Assembly: GCA_963844035.1 (NCBI GenBank)
Contig: CAWJMT010000036.1
Location: forward strand, 32,001-96,000
Source: an uncultured Gemmatimonadales bacterium
GTDB taxonomy: Bacteria > Gemmatimonadota > Gemmatimonadetes > Gemmatimonadales > GWC2-71-9
Reading direction: 5' to 3'
DNA: 64,000 nucleotides
Shown: piece after piece, positions 41,102 through 51,306 of the stretch
Position numbering within the stretch: the stretch's first letter is position 1
Layout: every line of letters starts with the position of its first letter
The notes under the pieces: model-generated
The model's database searches: none
Seen by the model: only the letters and a program-made list of their open reading frames with translations
Told to the model about the DNA's origin: nothing
Position numbers and translations under genes: made by a program

Positions 41102-42473
41102 CCAGGTCGCTCCGTGCGTGGCTGTGGGTTCTCGCGGTCCTGTTGACCGCCTGCGACGACGGGACCGCCCCGCCGCCGGAAGGCGACGATGCCGCGGCCC
41201 GCTCGGGCGGCGACATGACCGTGTTCGACGCCACCAGCGGCTCGTTCAACGCCCCGGCCCCGAATCTCTCGGCGGCGCGGCTGGCGGAACACGTCGAAGG
41301 CGACGCCCAGTTCGAGGCGACGTTCGTCACGGCGCCGGCGCCCGTCAACGCAGGGTTGGGTCCGCTGTACGACAACACATCCTGCCGCGCGTGCCACATC
41401 AAGGACGGCCGCGGCCGGCCGCCCGAGGGGAGCGAGGCGTTCGTCTCGATGTTGCTGCGCCTCAGCGTGGCGGGGACGGACGCGCACGGTGGGCCGGTGT
41501 CCGCCGCCGGGCTTCGGGCACCAGCTCCAGGCCCGCGCCGTGATCGGCACGGCAGCCGAAGCCGATCCTCGGGTGACGTACATCGAGCTCGCGGGGACCT
41601 ACGGCGACGGTCAGCCGTATTCGCTCCGGGAGCCGCACTACGACCTGATGACCCCCTACACGCCGCTGCCCGCGGGCCTGCTCGTCTCACCCAGGGTCGC
41701 GCCGGTGGTGTTCGGCATGGGGTTGCTCGAAGCGATCGACGAAGCCACCGTCGTCGGCCGCGCCGACCCCGCCGATGCGAACGGCGACGGCATCAGCGGC
41801 AAGGCCAACTACGTCTTTGATCCCGACGACCGGTCTGATCGCACTCGGCCGCTTCGGGTGGAAGGCGTCCGCCGCGAGTGCGTTGCACCAGGTGGTCGGT
41901 GCCTATAACGAAGACATGGGGGTCACGTCGCCCTACCTGCCGGAGGAGCCGTGCGTGGGACAGCTGCCCGGTTGCGCGACGCACGCGCCCGACGTCACCG
42001 ACACGATAACGGAGTCGGTCGCGATGTACGTGCGTACGCTGGGTGTCCCCGCCCGCCGCTCCCTGAACGACGCCACCGCGCTGCGCGGCGAGCAGTTGTT
42101 TCAGACCGTGGGCTGCGCCGCCTGTCACACGCAGACGGTCGTCACCGGTACGGCTCCCGAGACTCCGGAAGCGGCGGCGCAAACGATTCACCCCTACACC
42201 GATCTGCTCGTGCACGACATGGGGCCCGGCCTCGCCGACGGCCGCCCCGACTACCTGGCCGGCGGCCAGGAATGGCGCACCGCGCCGCTCTGGGGCATCG
42301 GCCTGACGCAGGTGGTCAACGGACACACCTACTTCCTGCACGACGGACGCGCCCGGGGACTGGCCGAAGCGATCCTCTGGCACGGCGGCGAAGCCATGAC
42401 GGCGCGCGAGCAGTTCCGCACCCTCCCGGCTGCCGATCGTGCGGCGGTGCTGGCGTTCCTCGGCTCGCTCTAG
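41098..42473 (+). CDS. Di-heme oxidoreductase (DHOR/DUF1111) lipoprotein (frameshifts near 41505 and 41825)
   Basis: GLGPLY, CRACH, GMGLLEAI, GRFGWKA, CAACH, YTDLLVHDMG, LHDGRA, AILWHGGEA. Confidence 0.88.
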
Positions 42474-42498
42474 GCGTGCCCTTGCCCGCGCGAGAGCC

Positions 42499-42536
42499 GG
42501 TGTATAATTTCTCGGTGCGATGAATATTAATGCAGC
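42499..42536. promoter_or_regulatory. ARG box pair overlapping the -10 (TATAAT 42503-42508) and the argC start
   Basis: TGAAT-ATTA-ATGCA (42521-42534) matches the ArgR consensus; weaker TGTAT-AATT-TCTCG lies 20 bp upstream. Confidence 0.7.
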
Positions 42537-43479
42537 GGTGCCGGTGGGCGTGTTTGGGGCCTCCGGGTATGTCGGACAGGAGTTGATGCGGCTCCTGGCC
42601 GGTCACCCGGGGGCCTCGATTGCGTTTGCCACCGCCGAATCCTCCGCCGGCGAGGTGATGGAGGGCCAGCGGCTGCTCAAGGCCGACGACGCGCCGCTCC
42701 AGCGCGCGGAGCTGGTGTTTTCCTGCCTGCCGCACGGGGTCTCGGGACGCTACGTGCAGGCGGCGCGCGCCGCGGGCCGCCGGGCGGTGGATCTCTCGGC
42801 GGATTTCCGTCTGAGTCCGGAGGCGGTGTACGGGCTCACCGAAGTCACGCGGCCGCGCGTGGCCGGCGCGGACCTCGTCGCCAACCCCGGCTGCTATCCG
42901 ACGGCGGCGTTGCTTGCGCTCATTCCGCTGGCCAAGCGGGGCCTCATCGACCCGGCGCGCGACGTCGTGATCGACGCGGCGTCGGGGGTCACCGGCGCGG
43001 GGCGCAGCCCCAAGCGCGAGCTGCTGTTCGGCGAGGTCACGGAGAATTTTCGCGCCTACGCCGTCGGCAACACGCATCGGCACCTCCCCGAGCTCCGCGA
43101 CACGCTGGCACGCGAGGGAGGGTTCACGGGCGACCTGCTGTTCACGCCGCACCTGCTGCCGGTCAAGCGCGGCATTCTCGAGACGATCCACGTGCCGCTC
43201 ACCCGGGCTCTCGATCAGGCGGCCGCCGAGGACCTGTACGGCGAAGCGTACGCGGGCGAACCGTGCGTCCAGCTCATGCGGGGTGGGCTACCCTCGCTCC
43301 AGGACGTGGTGTACCGGAATCGAGTGGCGATCGGTGTGGTGCCGGTGACCAACGTGCAACGGCCGCGCCTCACGGTCATCGCGGCCATCGACAACCTCGT
43401 CAAGGGCGCGGCGGGGCAGGCGGTGCAGAACATGAACGTGATGCTCGGAATCCAAGAGACGCTGGGGCTCGCGTGCTAG
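42520..43479 (+). CDS. argC: N-acetyl-gamma-glutamyl-phosphate reductase
   Basis: GASGYVG, DLSADFR, ANPGCY, SGVTGAG, HRHLPE, DNLVKGAAGQAVQN. Confidence 0.95.
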   Translation: MNINAAVPVGVFGASGYVGQELMRLLAGHPGASIAFATAESSAGEVMEGQRLLKADDAPLQRAELVFSCLPHGVSGRYVQAARAAGRRAVDLSADFRLSPEAVYGLTEVTRPRVAGADLVANPGCYPTAALLALIPLAKRGLIDPARDVVIDAASGVTGAGRSPKRELLFGEVTENFRAYAVGNTHRHLPELRDTLAREGGFTGDLLFTPHLLPVKRGILETIHVPLTRALDQAAAEDLYGEAYAGEPCVQLMRGGLPSLQDVVYRNRVAIGVVPVTNVQRPRLTVIAAIDNLVKGAAGQAVQNMNVMLGIQETLGLAC

Positions 43480-44238
43480 GCCCGCGCGTCGCCAAGCTCG
43501 GCGGCAACGAGCTCGACCGGCCCGGGTGGCTCGAGGAGTGTGCGCGGGCGCTCAAAGCTTGTCGATCCACTTGTAGTGGTGCACGGGGGCGGGCAGGCGA
43601 TCACCGCCTTGTCGCGGCGTCTCGACTTGCCCGTCGAGAAGCGCGACGGTAAGCGCGTCACCACGGTCCAGGTGGCGGAGGTCGTCGAGATGGTGCTCGC
43701 GGGCCCCGTGAACCGCCAGGTCGTAGGCGCGCTGCGCGCCGCCGGCCTGGACGCGCTGGGCCTGTCCGGAACGGACGGGGGACTGTTCACGGCGCGCCGC
43801 GCCGCCGGCAACCTCGGCCACGTAGGGGAGATCACTGCCGTCCGGGCCGCGCTGCTCCAGAGTCTCCTGCTCGCGGGACTCACCCCGGTCATCGCTCCTG
43901 TCGCGCCAGACCCTGACGTTTCGGGCGTGCCGTTCAACATCAACGCCGACGATGCGGCCTCCGCGGTCGCCGCCGCGCTGGGCGCCTCCGAGCTGCTGTT
44001 CGTGTCCGATATCCCCGGGGTCAACGTGGGTGGCGTCGCTCAACCCGAGATCGCGGCGACCGAGATCGAAGGGCTCATTGCCTCAGGCGTTGCGAAGGAT
44101 GGGATGGCCGCGAAGCTCAGAGCCGCCGCCGCTGCTCTCCGGGGCGGCGCGCGCGTCGTGCGCATCGGCGACATGGACATGCTCCGCACGCCCACCGCCG
44201 GCACCCGGATCGTGGCCGCCGTGACGCAGCCCGCATGA
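43473..44238 (+). CDS. argB: Acetylglutamate kinase (frameshift near 43560)
   Basis: KLGGN, VVHGGG, GKRVT, NINAD, SDIPGV, GMAAKL. Confidence 0.9.
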
Positions 44239-45398
44239 CCGCGACCACTCCGGCTGCTTCCGCCCTCCTCGGGGTCTACGCGCGGGTCGGTCCTCTGTTC
44301 GTGGGCGGCGACGGCGTTGAGCTGATCGCCGAAGACGGCACCCGCTACCTCGATTTCGTCGCCGGGATCGGCGTCAACGCCCTGGGCTACAACCATCCCG
44401 TGATCCGGGGGGCGATCGAGCGGGCGCTGGCCACCGGGCTCATCCACGTTTCCAACCTGTACCGGACGGACCCGGGCGAGCGGTTGGCCGACGAGCTCGT
44501 GAGCCGCTCGTTTGCGGACCACGTCTTCTTTTGCAATTCGGGCGCGGAGGCGAATGAGGCGGCGTTCAAGTTCGCCCGCAAGCGCACCGGGAAGCCGGGC
44601 ATCGTCGCGTTCAGCGGCGCGTTCCACGGACGCCTGTTCGCCACGCTCGCCGCGACCGATCGCCCCGACTACCGCCGGCCCTTCGAGCCCCTCGTGCCGC
44701 ACATCGAGATCGTGCCGCTCGGCGATCGCGCCGTCGCCGGCCGGGCGATCTCAGCCGAGCGCACGGGGGCGGTCATTATCGAGCCGGTGCAGGGGGAGGG
44801 CGGTGTCCGCCCCATCGATCCGGCGTGGCTGGCCTGGCTGCGGGAAGTGTGCGACGAGCGCGGCGTGGCCCTGATCTTCGACGAGGTGCAGTGCGGCCTC
44901 GGCCGGACCGGGACGCTGTTCGCGTACGAGCAGACCGGGGTCGTCCCCGACATGGCGACCCTCGCCAAGCCGTTGGCCGGCGGCCTGCCGATGGGAGCGG
45001 TCCTCCTCAAGGAGGCGATTGCCCAGGCGCTCGCTCCCGGCGATCACGCGACCACGTTCGGCGGCGGGCCGCTGGTGGCGAGCGTGGCGCTCGAGGTGGT
45101 GCGCGCGCTCGCGCATCCCGACCTGCTCGCGTCGGTGCGCCGCAACGGCGAGTGGATGGAGACGCGCCTGTCCGGCGTTGCGGCGCGCTCGAGCCGCGTA
45201 CGTGCCGTGCGCGGACGGGGACTGATGTGGGGCGTCGAGCTCACCGAGCCCGCGGCGCCATTTGTGGCGGCGATGCGCGAGCGCGGCTTGTTGATTGCGA
45301 CGGCCGGCCCGAACGTCCTCCGCATGCTCCCGCCTCTCGTGATCACCCCGGCCGACCTGGCGCGCGGGGTGGCGATTCTCGAGGCGGTGCTGGCGTGA
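44235..45398 (+). CDS. argD: Acetylornithine aminotransferase
   Basis: YLDFVAGIGV, NSGAEANE, FHGR, EPVQGEGG, DEVQCG, AKPLAGG, TFGG. Confidence 0.93.
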   Translation: MTATTPAASALLGVYARVGPLFVGGDGVELIAEDGTRYLDFVAGIGVNALGYNHPVIRGAIERALATGLIHVSNLYRTDPGERLADELVSRSFADHVFFCNSGAEANEAAFKFARKRTGKPGIVAFSGAFHGRLFATLAATDRPDYRRPFEPLVPHIEIVPLGDRAVAGRAISAERTGAVIIEPVQGEGGVRPIDPAWLAWLREVCDERGVALIFDEVQCGLGRTGTLFAYEQTGVVPDMATLAKPLAGGLPMGAVLLKEAIAQALAPGDHATTFGGGPLVASVALEVVRALAHPDLLASVRRNGEWMETRLSGVAARSSRVRAVRGRGLMWGVELTEPAAPFVAAMRERGLLIATAGPNVLRMLPPLVITPADLARGVAILEAVLA

Positions 45399-45892
45399 GG
45401 ACGGCGCCGCTCGCGCTCGTGCGTCCCACGCGCGCGCCGGTGGTACGTCCCGCATCGCTCGTGGACGTGCCGCAGCTCGAAACGCTGATCGGGCCCTACG
45501 TGGCGACGGGGGACCTGCTACCGCGCAGCAACTACGACCTGTGCCGCCACATCAAGGAGTATGTGGTCGCTCCGGGCCCGGACGGACGCATCGTCGGATG
45601 CGGCTCCCTCAAGGTCTACTCGCAGGCGCTCGGCGAAATCGCAGGGCTCGCCGTGCATCCCGACGCACAGGGGAGCGGCGTGGGCCGCGCCATCATGGAG
45701 GCGCTGATCGCCGAGGCGCGGGCCAGCGGGCTTGCCGAGGTGCTGGCGCTCACGCGCAAGCCGGCATTTTTCTTCAAGCTCGGCTTCCTGCCGTCGGAAA
45801 AGGAGCACTTCCCATTGAAGGTGTGGGCCGACTGCACCCGGTGTCCGCGGCAGAACTGCTGTGACGAGGTGGCGGTCGTCCTGAAGGTCTAG
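45395..45892 (+). CDS. argA: Short GNAT-type N-acetylglutamate synthase
   Basis: [35 protein letters not shown]; last gene of the arg operon. Confidence 0.8.
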   Translation: MRTAPLALVRPTRAPVVRPASLVDVPQLETLIGPYVATGDLLPRSNYDLCRHIKEYVVAPGPDGRIVGCGSLKVYSQALGEIAGLAVHPDAQGSGVGRAIMEALIAEARASGLAEVLALTRKPAFFFKLGFLPSEKEHFPLKVWADCTRCPRQNCCDEVAVVLKV

Positions 45893-46890
45893 CTGTCTTT
45901 CCGCTGCTCCCGGCCGAATCGGTGCGGGGGGTCAACGTCCCGGGGGGACACATAGACCTGGTCCCCCTTCTGCAACGCCAACTCCACGTACCGTTCCCGC
46001 GCCACTTCCACCTCGATCGTCTGGCCGCCGTCCAACCCGTCGAGCTCGACTCGCACCACTGCCCCGAACGGGCGCAGGTGGCGCACGGTCGCCAGCACGG
46101 CATGGGCGCCCTGAGCGGTCCGCGCCAATTCGACGTCGTGTGGCCGCAGCAGCCGTCCGTGGAACAGATTCACGTCGCCGAGGAAACGATACACGAACTC
46201 CGACGCGGGATGCTCGTACACCTCCTCCGGCGTGCCGACTTGCTCGATCCGTCCCTGGTTCATTACCACGATGCGATCCGCCACCTCGAGCGCCTCTTCC
46301 TGGTCGTGGGTGACGAACACGCTGGTGACGTGAATCTCGTCGTGCAGCCGCCGCAGCCAGCGCCGCAGCTCCTTGCGGACCTTCGCATCGAGCGAGCCGA
46401 ACGGCTCATCGAGCAACAGCACGTTGGGCTCCACGGCGAGCGCTCGGGCGAGCGCGACCCGCTGGCGCTGCCCGCCGGACAGCTCGGACGGATCGCGGCC
46501 GGCCACGCCGTCCAGCTGCACCAGCCGCAACAGATCGTGGGCCCGGCGCCGGATCTCGGCTTCGGTGGGGCGCGTGCTGGGTGGCCGCACGCGCAGCCCG
46601 AACGCGACGTTTTCGAGCACGCTCATGTGGCGGAACAGGGCGTAGTGCTGAAACACGAAGCCGACGCGCCGGTCGCGCACGTGGCGCTCGGTGGCATCCT
46701 CGCCGTGGAAATGGATCGTTCCCGAATCCGGGGCCTCCAGTCCGGCGATGATCCGGAGCAGGGTGGTCTTACCGGAGCCCGACGGGCCCAGCAGAGCGAC
46801 CAGCTCCCCCGCCGGAATTTCGAGGCTCACGCCGTTGAGCGCCTGTGAGCCGACAAACACCTTGCTGACGTCGCGAACCTCGATACTCAT
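45889..46890 (-). CDS. cysA: Sulfate ABC transporter ATP-binding protein
   Basis: [40 protein letters not shown]-like tail. Confidence 0.93.
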   Translation of the reverse strand: MSIEVRDVSKVFVGSQALNGVSLEIPAGELVALLGPSGSGKTTLLRIIAGLEAPDSGTIHFHGEDATERHVRDRRVGFVFQHYALFRHMSVLENVAFGLRVRPPSTRPTEAEIRRRAHDLLRLVQLDGVAGRDPSELSGGQRQRVALARALAVEPNVLLLDEPFGSLDAKVRKELRRWLRRLHDEIHVTSVFVTHDQEEALEVADRIVVMNQGRIEQVGTPEEVYEHPASEFVYRFLGDVNLFHGRLLRPHDVELARTAQGAHAVLATVRHLRPFGAVVRVELDGLDGGQTIEVEVARERYVELALQKGDQVYVSPRDVDPPHRFGREQRKDS

Positions 46891-47789
46891 ACGGCCGCCT
46901 CCTGCTCGTGCGCCGTGTCCGCTCGCCGGCGGAGCTCAAACCACTCCACCAGGCTTCGGGCCACCAGCGTCACAATCGCGAGCAACGCGAGCAGTGACGC
47001 GACCGCGAACGCCGCCGCGAGGTGGTACTCGTTATAGAGAATCTCCACCTGTAAGGGCAAGGTGTTGGTGACCCCCCGGATATGTCCCGACACGACCGAC
47101 ACGGCGCCGAATTCGCCCATGGCGCGCGCATTACAGACGATCACGCCGTACAGCAGGCCCCACTTGATGCTGGGAATCGTAATACGGCGGAAGGTCTGCC
47201 ACCCGCTCGCGCCCAGCACCATCGCCGCCTCCTCCTCCTCCGTGCCCTGCTCCTGCATCAGCGGAATCAGCTCGCGCGCCACGAACGGGACGGTCACGAA
47301 GATCGTGGCGAGCACGATGCCCGGCACGGCGAAGACGATCCCGATCTCGTGGTCGGCGAGCCAGGGGCCGAACCATCCTTGCGCGCCGAACAACAGCACG
47401 AACATCATCCCCGCGATCACGGGCGAGACCGTGAAGGGCACGTCGATCAGCGTCACCAGGAGCTGCTTCCCGGGAAACGTGAACTTCGCGATCGACCACG
47501 CGGCCGCCACGCCGAAGACCAGGTTTAGCGGCACCGCGATCGCCGCCGTCAGCAGCGTGAGCCGGACCGCTGCGAGCGCATCGGGATCGCGCAGCGCCGC
47601 GGCATAGACCCCGACCCCTTTCCTGAATGCCTCGGTCAGCACCACGATCAGCGGGAGGGCAAGGAACAGCGCGAGAAACGCGAGCGCCGTCCCCATCAGG
47701 ATCCAGCGGACCCACGCGGGCTCGGCGGCCGGTCCCGCCCTTCGCGTTCGCGGCGGAGCACTCGTGCGCATCGCGAGGGCTTGAGACAT
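46887..47789 (-). CDS. cysW: Sulfate ABC transporter permease
   Basis: [28 protein letters not shown]. Confidence 0.93.
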   Translation of the reverse strand: MSQALAMRTSAPPRTRRAGPAAEPAWVRWILMGTALAFLALFLALPLIVVLTEAFRKGVGVYAAALRDPDALAAVRLTLLTAAIAVPLNLVFGVAAAWSIAKFTFPGKQLLVTLIDVPFTVSPVIAGMMFVLLFGAQGWFGPWLADHEIGIVFAVPGIVLATIFVTVPFVARELIPLMQEQGTEEEEAAMVLGASGWQTFRRITIPSIKWGLLYGVIVCNARAMGEFGAVSVVSGHIRGVTNTLPLQVEILYNEYHLAAAFAVASLLALLAIVTLVARSLVEWFELRRRADTAHEQEAAV

Positions 47790-47791
47790 CG

Positions 47792-48628
47792 CTAGTCCGT
47801 GGCCCCCGTCAGCCGCTTGCGGCTCGAGAGCACATTGATGGCGACGAGCAGCGCGAACGAGATGACCAGCAGCACCACGGCGATCGCCGATGCGCCGGCA
47901 TAGTCATACTGCTCGAGCTTCGTCATGATCAACAGCGGAGCGATTTCCGTGCGCATCGGCATGTTGCCGGAGATGAATACCACCGAGCCGTATTCGCCGA
48001 CCGCCCGCGCAAAGGCGAGGGCAAACCCCGTAATGAGCGCCGGCCGGATGGCGGGCAGCAGCACGCGACGGAACACATCCCAGCGGGTCGCGCCGAGACT
48101 CGCCGCCGCTTCTTCCACGTCCGCCTCGAGGTCCTCGAGTACGGGCTGCAGAGTGCGGATCACGAACGGCAACCCGATGAAGGTCAACGCCACGACGATG
48201 CCGAGCGGCGTGAAGGCGACCTTGATTCCGAGCGGGGCGAGCCACGACCCGAGCCAGCCATTGGGGCCATACAGGGTGGTGAGCGCGATCCCTGCGACCG
48301 CGGTCGGAAGCGCGAACGGCAGGTCCACCAGCGCGTCTACCAGGCGCCGTCCCGGGAACGGGTACCGCACCAGCACCCAGGCCACCACCAATCCGAACAC
48401 CGCACTAATGACGGCCGCTGTCAGCGATGCGAGCAGGCTCAATCGGTACGAGGCGAGCACGCGCGGGGTTGTGACTGCGTCCCACAGACCGCCCCAGCCC
48501 AGGCCCGCGCTCTTTACGAAGATGGTGGACAGCGGGATCAGCACGACAAGTCCGAGGTACGTCACCGTGAACCCGAGTGACAGGCCGAAACCCGGGAGCA
48601 CCGACGCCTGCCTCCGGAGCACGCTCAC
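47792..48628 (-). CDS. cysT: Sulfate ABC transporter permease
   Basis: [34 protein letters not shown]. Confidence 0.93.
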   Translation of the reverse strand: MSVLRRQASVLPGFGLSLGFTVTYLGLVVLIPLSTIFVKSAGLGWGGLWDAVTTPRVLASYRLSLLASLTAAVISAVFGLVVAWVLVRYPFPGRRLVDALVDLPFALPTAVAGIALTTLYGPNGWLGSWLAPLGIKVAFTPLGIVVALTFIGLPFVIRTLQPVLEDLEADVEEAAASLGATRWDVFRRVLLPAIRPALITGFALAFARAVGEYGSVVFISGNMPMRTEIAPLLIMTKLEQYDYAGASAIAVVLLVISFALLVAINVLSSRKRLTGATD

Positions 48629-49647
48629 GGCTTCGCGACCCGGGCCTGATAGATCTGGTCGAACAACCCCCCGTCCGCGAAGTGCTTTGCTTGAACTTTG
48701 CTCCAGTCGCCGAATACCTCGGCTACTGTGAAGAGCGCGATCTTGGGAAACTGCCCGGCGAATTTGGCCGCGACGGCATCGAGGCGGGGCCGGTAGTAGT
48801 TCTTGGCCGCGATCTCCTGTCCGGCGTCTGTGTAGAGGTACTCGAGATAGGCTTGGGCGACGGCCAGGGTGCCGTGCTTCTTCGCGACCTTCTCGACCAC
48901 CGCAACCGGTGGCTCGGCAAGAACGGTGATCGACGGCATCACAATCTCGACCTTTCCCGATCCTAGCTCACGCACCGCCAACAGGGCCTCGTTCTCCCAC
49001 GCGATCAGGACGTCTCCGATGCCGCGCTCCACGAAGGTGGTCGTCGCACCCCGCGCACCACCGTCCAGCACCGGGACGTTGCCGTAAAGGCTGGTCACGA
49101 ACGCGCGCGCCTTGGCTTCGTCGCCCCCGGGACGTCGCAGCGCGTAGCCCCAGGCGGCCAGGTAGTTCCACCGCGCGCCCCCCGACGTCTTCGGGTTCGG
49201 AGTCACCACGGAAATTCCCGGGCGCACCAGATCGTCCCAGTCCCGGATGTGTTTGGGGTTGCCTTTGCGGACGAGCAAAACGATGGTCGATGTGTACGGC
49301 GTACTGTTGTGCGGAAGCCGCGATTGCCAGTCGGGCGGGATCAGGCCGCTCCGCGCGCTGATCTGGTCGATGTCGCCTGCCAGCGCGAGCGTCACCACAT
49401 CTGCGCCGAGTCCGTCGATTACGGCGCGCGCTTGCGATCCCGAGCCCCCATGGGATTGGCGGATCGTGACGTCCTGACCGGTCTTCTCCTTCCAATAGCG
49501 GACGAACGCCGCGTTGTACGACTGGTACAGCTCACGCGTTGGATCGTACGACACGTTGAGCAGCGTGACGGGCTTTTGGGCTGGCGCGGGCGTGATCGCG
49601 GAAACCGCGAGCGCGACCAGCAATGGGAGCGTCATATGTCGAGTCAT
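48625..49647 (-). CDS. sbp: Sulfate-binding periplasmic protein
   Basis: [45 protein letters not shown]. Confidence 0.95.
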   Translation of the reverse strand: MTRHMTLPLLVALAVSAITPAPAQKPVTLLNVSYDPTRELYQSYNAAFVRYWKEKTGQDVTIRQSHGGSGSQARAVIDGLGADVVTLALAGDIDQISARSGLIPPDWQSRLPHNSTPYTSTIVLLVRKGNPKHIRDWDDLVRPGISVVTPNPKTSGGARWNYLAAWGYALRRPGGDEAKARAFVTSLYGNVPVLDGGARGATTTFVERGIGDVLIAWENEALLAVRELGSGKVEIVMPSITVLAEPPVAVVEKVAKKHGTLAVAQAYLEYLYTDAGQEIAAKNYYRPRLDAVAAKFAGQFPKIALFTVAEVFGDWSKVQAKHFADGGLFDQIYQARVAKP

Positions 49648-49657
49648 GTATGCTCCC

Positions 49658-51010
49658 TCAAAACGCCTGTTGGATGCGGACGACGAAGAAATTCTCATTG
49701 GTGCGATTGCCGGTCGCGGCCCCAGCGGCGAAGCGCGTCCGTTCGTAGTTCACCGCGAAGTGCACCGCGGGCGCGAGGTGCCACTTGATGCCTGCCCCCC
49801 ACGCCTTCGCGCTGGTCACGGAATTCCCCACGGCCGCAAAGATGGGAAACGCGTCCGCGTCCGGAAGCAACTCACTGTAGCGGGCGCCGAGCTCCAGAGC
49901 CCCCCAATTCCGTTTCTTGGGATCGAACGGTCGCTTCGGGGTGACCGTAGCGAACGAGGCTTTCTCGCCGGTGACAAACCACGAGGCGGCCACCTGCCAG
50001 CCGCGACTCGTCAGGCGGCTGCCGGCGGTCCCGCGCGTGACATCCTGCTCAGATATGGAGTATTCGCCGAGTACACCGATCGGGCCACCGTACCAATACG
50101 CCTGCGGCGCGTAACGGATACGGCGTCCGTTCGCGACCGTGCTGTCGCGGTAGCGGAACATCGGCTGCTGGCCGGGCGTCACGTATGTCGGCAACGCGCT
50201 GGCCGCGAGTGTACCGCGCTCGATCCCGGTGCTGGCGGCAATCCCCACTCCCAGGCCACCCACTTTGGCGAACACGCGCGCCTCGAAATCCTTGTCGTTC
50301 GTCAGGTCCGCATCCCCGTTCCCCAGATCCGGTACGCCGTTGAAGACCCCGACGGCGTACGACAAGTGCCCTCCCGCGAGATCGCCGACCGCCTGCAGAC
50401 CGACGTCGCGGTTCGGCACCAGGTTGGTCGGCAGTCCGCGCTCGACGAACCGGATGTCCGTCGCCGACTGCAGACGCTCGAGACCGAGCGGCGGCTTCGT
50501 CTTGCCGGCGCGCAGCCCGAACTGTGCGGCAGGCCGGAAGTCCAGGTAGGCGTCGAACAGCACCACCCGGCCCTGCCCGAAATCGGGCGTCAGCCGCAGC
50601 GTGAAGTACTTCCACACCGTGGCGTCGAGGACTGGGCGAGCGCGCCGCAGGCCCAGGGTGGTGTTGCCGAGCGTCGCTGGGGCTTCGCCGGGGAAAGAGC
50701 GCCCATCGGCCTGGATGTAGGCGCGAAACTTGAGCTGATACGCACCGTCTGCCGACTTGATGAGGAACCCCTCCTTTCCCGCCGCTACGCGGGGTTGCTG
50801 CTTCGCCGCCGCGGCAACGCTGTCCTGCTTGAGCTCCAGGAGACGCGCGAGAATGCGCACCTTCTGGTCGAGCTGCTCCAGTCGTTCCCCGACGCTCGGT
50901 TGTGAGTCGCGCAGCGCGGCCGTGTCCTGCTGCGCCGCGCCCGATTGCGCCGCACCAGCCAACCCCAGGATGCTGATCACCAATGCCACCGACCAATGAG
51001 CCCTGTACAT
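49658..51010 (-). CDS. OprO/OprP-family anion-selective porin heading the sulfate operon
   Basis: Signal peptide, coiled coil, LRRAR, FDAY, K.PLGLERL, PNRDVG, C-terminal Phe; GAGGAG RBS at 51022-51027. Confidence 0.85.
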   Translation of the reverse strand: MYRAHWSVALVISILGLAGAAQSGAAQQDTAALRDSQPSVGERLEQLDQKVRILARLLELKQDSVAAAAKQQPRVAAGKEGFLIKSADGAYQLKFRAYIQADGRSFPGEAPATLGNTTLGLRRARPVLDATVWKYFTLRLTPDFGQGRVVLFDAYLDFRPAAQFGLRAGKTKPPLGLERLQSATDIRFVERGLPTNLVPNRDVGLQAVGDLAGGHLSYAVGVFNGVPDLGNGDADLTNDKDFEARVFAKVGGLGVGIAASTGIERGTLAASALPTYVTPGQQPMFRYRDSTVANGRRIRYAPQAYWYGGPIGVLGEYSISEQDVTRGTAGSRLTSRGWQVAASWFVTGEKASFATVTPKRPFDPKKRNWGALELGARYSELLPDADAFPIFAAVGNSVTSAKAWGAGIKWHLAPAVHFAVNYERTRFAAGAATGNRTNENFFVVRIQQAF

Positions 51011-51049
51011 GGAATCGCTCGCTCCTCGTCCATTGAGATGAACCCGCAC

Positions 51050-51080
51050 AAAAAACCCGGTCACGTTTGGGGTGGCCGGG
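51050..51080 (-). terminator. Intrinsic terminator (attenuator) in the sulfate-operon leader
   Basis: mRNA CCCGGCCAC-CCCAAAC-GUGACCGGG-UUUUUU (8 of 9 pairs). Confidence 0.82.
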
Positions 51081-51121
51081 CCTGGGATCAGCTCGATTGG
51101 CGGAGAGGCTTGAGCGATTCC

Positions 51122-51214
51122 TCACATCGACAATGCGCGTACCATGGCGCCCGTCCAACCCTGAGGCTGGCGGGGACAACAACACATGGGACAACAGCGC
51201 AGCGCGATGATCAT
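51122..51214 (-). CDS. Cys-rich leader peptide MIIALRCCPMCCCPRQPQGWTGAMVRALSM (30 aa)
   Basis: Manually translated; five Cys, all TGT; lies between the promoter and the terminator. Confidence 0.82.
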   Translation of the reverse strand: MIIALRCCPMCCCPRQPQGWTGAMVRALSM

Positions 51215-51224
51215 GAGGCGGTAC

Positions 51225-51253
51225 AAGCTAGAGTCCTCCCTTGGGCAAGTCAA
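51225..51253 (-). promoter_or_regulatory. Sigma70 promoter TTGACT-17-TAGCTT for the leader/sulfate operon
   Basis: Hexamers with an exact 17-bp spacer; -10 ends 10 nt before the leader ATG. Confidence 0.7.
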
Positions 51254-51306
51254 CACGGCGAGGTCCGCCTGTTGACACAGCCGAAGCGGGACGCTGAGAT
51301 TGCCGC

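Noticed and set aside
42520..45892. LysW-dependent lysine/arginine pathway
   Set aside because: No lysW carrier or LysX/ArgX ligase here. The GNAT ArgA and ARG box fit the acetyl pathway.
51122..51214. Leader ORF as a metallothionein or RiPP precursor
   Set aside because: No modifying enzymes nearby. Its position between promoter and terminator of a sulfate operon, the uniform TGT codons and the antiterminator pairing favour attenuation.
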